Below, one piece after another: positions 59,901 to 64,000 of a DNA stretch of 64,000 nucleotides; positions within the stretch are counted from its first letter, which is position 1, and each line of letters starts with the position of its first letter. A program made the translations under genes and the position numbers. The stretch lies in NCBI GenBank assembly GCA_949358305.1, contig OX442314.1:32240001-32304000 (forward strand), written 5' to 3'. Origin of the DNA: Strigamia acuminata (lineage: Eukaryota). The notes under the pieces were generated by a model that saw nothing but the letters and a program-made list of their open reading frames with translations, was not told the DNA's origin and did no database searches.

Positions 59901-61304
59901 ATAAAATTTCAAATTATCGATAAAATCGTTTTAAAAATCATAAATATCGGTAGAAAAGTTCTAAAAAATCACGATAATGTCGATAAAATCGTGAAATGTA
60001 GTTTAAAGTTGTGAAATATCGTTAAACTCGTTTAAAATTTTGTTAAAATCGTAAAATATCGATAAAATCGTTTAAAAAAACATGATAATATCAATAAAAT
60101 TGTGAAATTTAGTCAAAAATCTTAAAAAATATCGTCACAATCATGAAATCTCGATAAATTTGCTTCAAAATCATGAAATGTCGAAAAAATCGTTTTAAAA
60201 ATCACGAAATATTGATTTTTAAAAAAATGCAGTCTTGTAAAAATTGTGAAAAATCAATTTTAAACAAAGAAAAAATCTCCAAAATCATCCAAATCCTTGA
60301 AATCGGTTTTAAAAAAAAACTTAAAAAAAATCGTCACAATCATTTAACAAATCATGCCAAAAAGCGATAATTCTGCATTAGACTTGGTAGTGATGACAAG
60401 GACGATTTTTTCAGTCCTTGGACTCATCTTACGTCAGCCCCACATGTTGCCCACTCGTTTGCCCTACTAAAACCACCCGTTCGCGCCATGACCCGCCATC
60501 TGGCGGTCATTTGCACCTTTTGGTGATAATAACTCGCAGTCGCGACTCGCGATACCCTTATCAGAAAATCCCCGGCCCAAAAAAAATAAATATCTCGTAA
60601 AAATAACAAGATTAAACCGATCCAAACACCATAAACAAACAACCAACTTCCGTATTGATAAAACTTATTTTTACGAATTTTATTTCGGACAACAAATAGG
60701 CCTTGATTCGTATCGATGATAAATCGCCTTTTAGTCTTACCCGTTTTGTGTTAATTGGGAAATTGTACCTTTCTGCCCACTGATCACAGTAATTAGGACA
60801 ACCAATTATTTTTCCACTAATAATTTTCACCCTGTGGTTTGTGGCAAATGACCTGATTCGAAAACACCGAGATAAAAATAAAAGTGGGCAAACAAACAAA
60901 CTGATACGGCGCTACGGCGCTCGCGCTCTTCAAGGGGAAAACGGAAATTAAATAGAGAGAGAGAGAGAGAGAGAGAAACCGTTACTTTATGGGTTAGTTT
61001 TATCCTCCGGTTGAATGTAAGGGTGTGGCGTGAAACGTGTTGGATCGAATCGGCATATTCGGTAGTTTTTACAGTGTCAAGGAGGAGAAAGTTTTGAGGG
61101 ATTTGTTGCGCAAGAAGGACGACGCCATTTTTTCACCCCTGAACTGGCCAACTTTGTCCTCAATTCGAATCGTGTTGGTGATGGGTGCATGGGGGCTTTG
61201 AAGGGGACCCAACAAGAAATTATTTGCTCATTAAGGATTAAAAATAATTGGAGAAATGAATGTATGATGAAATGTTGTTTTGAAATTCATGGAATATTGA
61301 TCAA

Positions 61305-61862
61305 TTCGTGAAATATCGATAAAATTAGTTAAAAAATCGTGACATGTCGATCAAGTTGGTTCAAAAATCGTGAATTATCGAACAAATTGGTTCAAAAATT
61401 GTGAAATATCGGACAAATTAGTTCAAAAATCGTGAAATATCGATCAAATTTGTTCAAAAATCGTGAAATGTTGATCAAATTTGTTCAAAAATCGTGAAAT
61501 ATTGATCAAATTTGTTCAAAAATCGTGAAATATCGATCAAATTGATTCAAAAATCGTGAAATATCGATCAAATTGATTCAAAAATCGTAAAATATTGATC
61601 AAATTTGTTCAAAAATCTGAAATATTGATCAAATTTGTTCAAAAATCGTGAAATATCGATCAAATTGGTTCAAAAATCGTAAAATATTGATCAAATTGGT
61701 TTAAAAATCGTGAAATATCGTCAAATTTGTTCAAAAATCGTGAAATATCGATCAAATTTGTTCAAAAATCGTGAAATATCGATCAAATTGGTTCAAAAAT
61801 CGTGAAATATCGATTAAATTTGTTCAAAAATCGTGAAATATCGATCAAATTTGTTCAAAAAT
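61305..61862. repeat. 31-bp minisatellite (GTGAAATATCGATCAAATTTGTTCAAAAATC)
   Basis: About 18 tandem copies. Confidence 0.9.
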
Positions 61863-62729
61863 TGTTTAAATTGTTTAAAATGTCGTTTAAATCGTGGTAT
61901 ATCGGTAAATTTGCTTGAAAATCGTGAAATATGAAAAATGGTGAAAAATTAATTTTTTTCTCATAAAATTCAAATTTCAAATAAAACAACACACCCATTT
62001 TATTTCAAAATTCAAAATTTTACAAATTAAAAAAAAAATCTATGTACACGTATAACCAAAGTCCACACATCTGACTCAGATCTAAAATTTCAAATCCCAT
62101 CGTTACTTTCATTTGAATTTTAATACTTTTCCACATTCTTATCGCCAGCCAATGGGCGCAAACGGCGGCAATCCAAACCAAAACCCCTTTCGGTAAAATT
62201 TAAAACTCTCGCATTTCCATCCCTTTCGAGGCCGTTGCTGCGTTACCTCGACCTCACCCGTACAAACCGAGCGGCGAAATATGATTTGCGGTTGGCCAAA
62301 CCATTCGCATTGAGACTCGTCCGGGCTCGACGAAATAAACAAAAAAAGAAGAAATTCCCCGACTTCATTCCACAGTGTCTCGACCGGCTGGGAAAGAAGG
62401 GGAATTTGTGAAGAGTGGGTTCCCGAATGGACGATGGTCACCGAGCACAATAGATGGGGTAATTGAACGTTTTAAACGCCTCCCAGAGTGCCAGTCGAAC
62501 CCGTTTGGACTCGTCGTGTTTGTTTGCACGGCGCGCGCAGTGCCGCAACGTGGCGGTGTTTGGCATTAAGGCGGGCGACTTCAACGGTTGTAACGTTTGC
62601 CACTTCGCAGTAAACACGCGTGGTCGTTAATATAAAACCGTTAAATCGATCGAGGTGGAGTTTTTTCTTTGGTTTTTTTTAATTTTTAACCGAATTGTGT
62701 GATATGCGGGACTTGTGCGCTCATTTAAC

Positions 62730-62773
62730 ATGGGTATCTTGGCAACAATCAAAAGACGGACACTCGAGTTCTT
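62730..62773 (+). CDS. Putative alternative first coding exon of HECW (MGILATIKRRTLEF)
   Basis: AACATGG start, GTAAGT donor in phase 2 matching the phase-2 donor at 59105; GC-richer upstream region with CCAAT and TATAAAA. Confidence 0.5.
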
Positions 62774-64000
62774 GTAAGTGAAAAACGGAAATTTATTATT
62801 ATTTTTATATAAAAATTGGAAATTTTTAATTTTAATTAAAAAATTAATTTTTTCGGTGTTGTTTGGTGTTGGGTTTTTGTTTGCATCCTTTGTTTTGTTG
62901 GTTGTTATTATTTAATAGGAAATTGGTTTGAGGGAGGAAGTGGTGTCTTTGTTTACGGGGAAGGCGACGGGCGACGGAAACATCTGCTCTTTTCCCCCGA
63001 GGTTGAGTCATTGTGGGCGGCATGGGTGATGCACAGATGCGTGCTCGTTTGGAATTTTTAAAAATTACACGTTTTTTGTGTTTTGTAATTTTTTTTAAAA
63101 AGGTTTTATCTCGTTAATGAAATAACTGGATGGTTTGGCGATAAAAATACATTATTTGCGTACTTTTTTGTACGTTTAAAAAAAGAAATTTATCAATTTT
63201 TGTTTGTTCATCTCGCTTTATCTGTCTGTGTTTGCAAAATTGCGCCATTTCAAACAATGTCATTATCGTTTTTACAATTCCTACCGAATTTTGCATTACG
63301 TGGTTCAATAAATCACGTAAATTTTTATTTATTTACTTTTTTTGTAATGGTCAAAACGGGAGATGAGAAAAAAGGGAATTTAGCGCGCTGTAGTGCGGGG
63401 CAGCACCGCGCGCTTTTACAACATTTCATTAGTTTCAATTAAATTTCATTATATCTCAAGGGATACGTTATATTACTCTGTACTGTTGACAATTAGGCAC
63501 GAGTCATGGAGTCCTTCACGCCGAATGAATTTCTGCCATTGGATTTGGATTTTCTTTTTTGTTTTTCCGGTTTTTTTTCTCAAAACCATTTCTCCTTTTT
63601 CATGGTCAAAAAGCGTTTAGAAATCGCACAAATCCGTGCGCTTATGGCAACATCATTATTTTAATTTTTTTAAAAAAGAAACTTCGGGGTGAATTAATTC
63701 GCAGCCGTTGACGAAATGTAGAGTGCGCATTGGCGTAACTTGGGCAAATCTGCTGGATCAAGGTTAGAAACCAATAGAGCCGCTAAAACAAAGTGGGTCA
63801 CTGCCACAAATTTCACTACTGGTCGTTTGCAATGGCGCACAAAGTGTTATTAGAAGTTATTACATAAAATAAATCGTTCCGAGCGATTTATTTCGACCCA
63901 AGATCGGAATTACCAGCCATCCGTGCCGTATCATTTCGGCTCTCGAAGTATCGAAGCATCGAAGGCCGAAAGTTAAGCCTACCGTCTTCACCCGAAAAAT

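Overview
AT-rich eukaryotic genomic DNA with spliceosomal introns, probably an invertebrate/arthropod; the taxon cannot be fixed from sequence alone. 1-44.6 kb is a nest of LTR retrotransposons. Element A (- strand, 3' end off-window) is a tRNA-Pro-primed Ty3/Gypsy with intact gag and pol and a predicted spliced non-Env accessory gene after pol. Element B is a tRNA-Pro-primed LTR element with one 1304-aa orphan ORF and no pol, in a tandem that shares an LTR; A is inserted into it. Element C (+ strand) is a complete, young tRNA-Phe-primed Gypsy with an AT-hook insert in Pol, a deleted integrase HHCC domain and a 624-aa non-Env ORF3. Also present: a solo LTR of family A, tandem HDAC1/2 pseudo-exons, a MULE remnant, a 167-bp satellite and several MITEs. 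50.9-64 kb holds an ELP2 pseudogene fragment head-to-head with the first 14 coding exons of a HECW1/2 (NEDL)-type E3 ligase whose introns are full of minisatellites. Most striking: the family-A LTR carries five tandem TAR-like RNA hairpins (UY bulge, then GAG/CUC) with compensatory substitutions between the two LTR copies. The accessory proteins of A and C share an Arg-rich NxETRxQRxxR motif. Together these suggest a possible Tat/TAR- or Rev-like system in Ty3/Gypsy elements, which is a hypothesis. All coordinates were read by eye.
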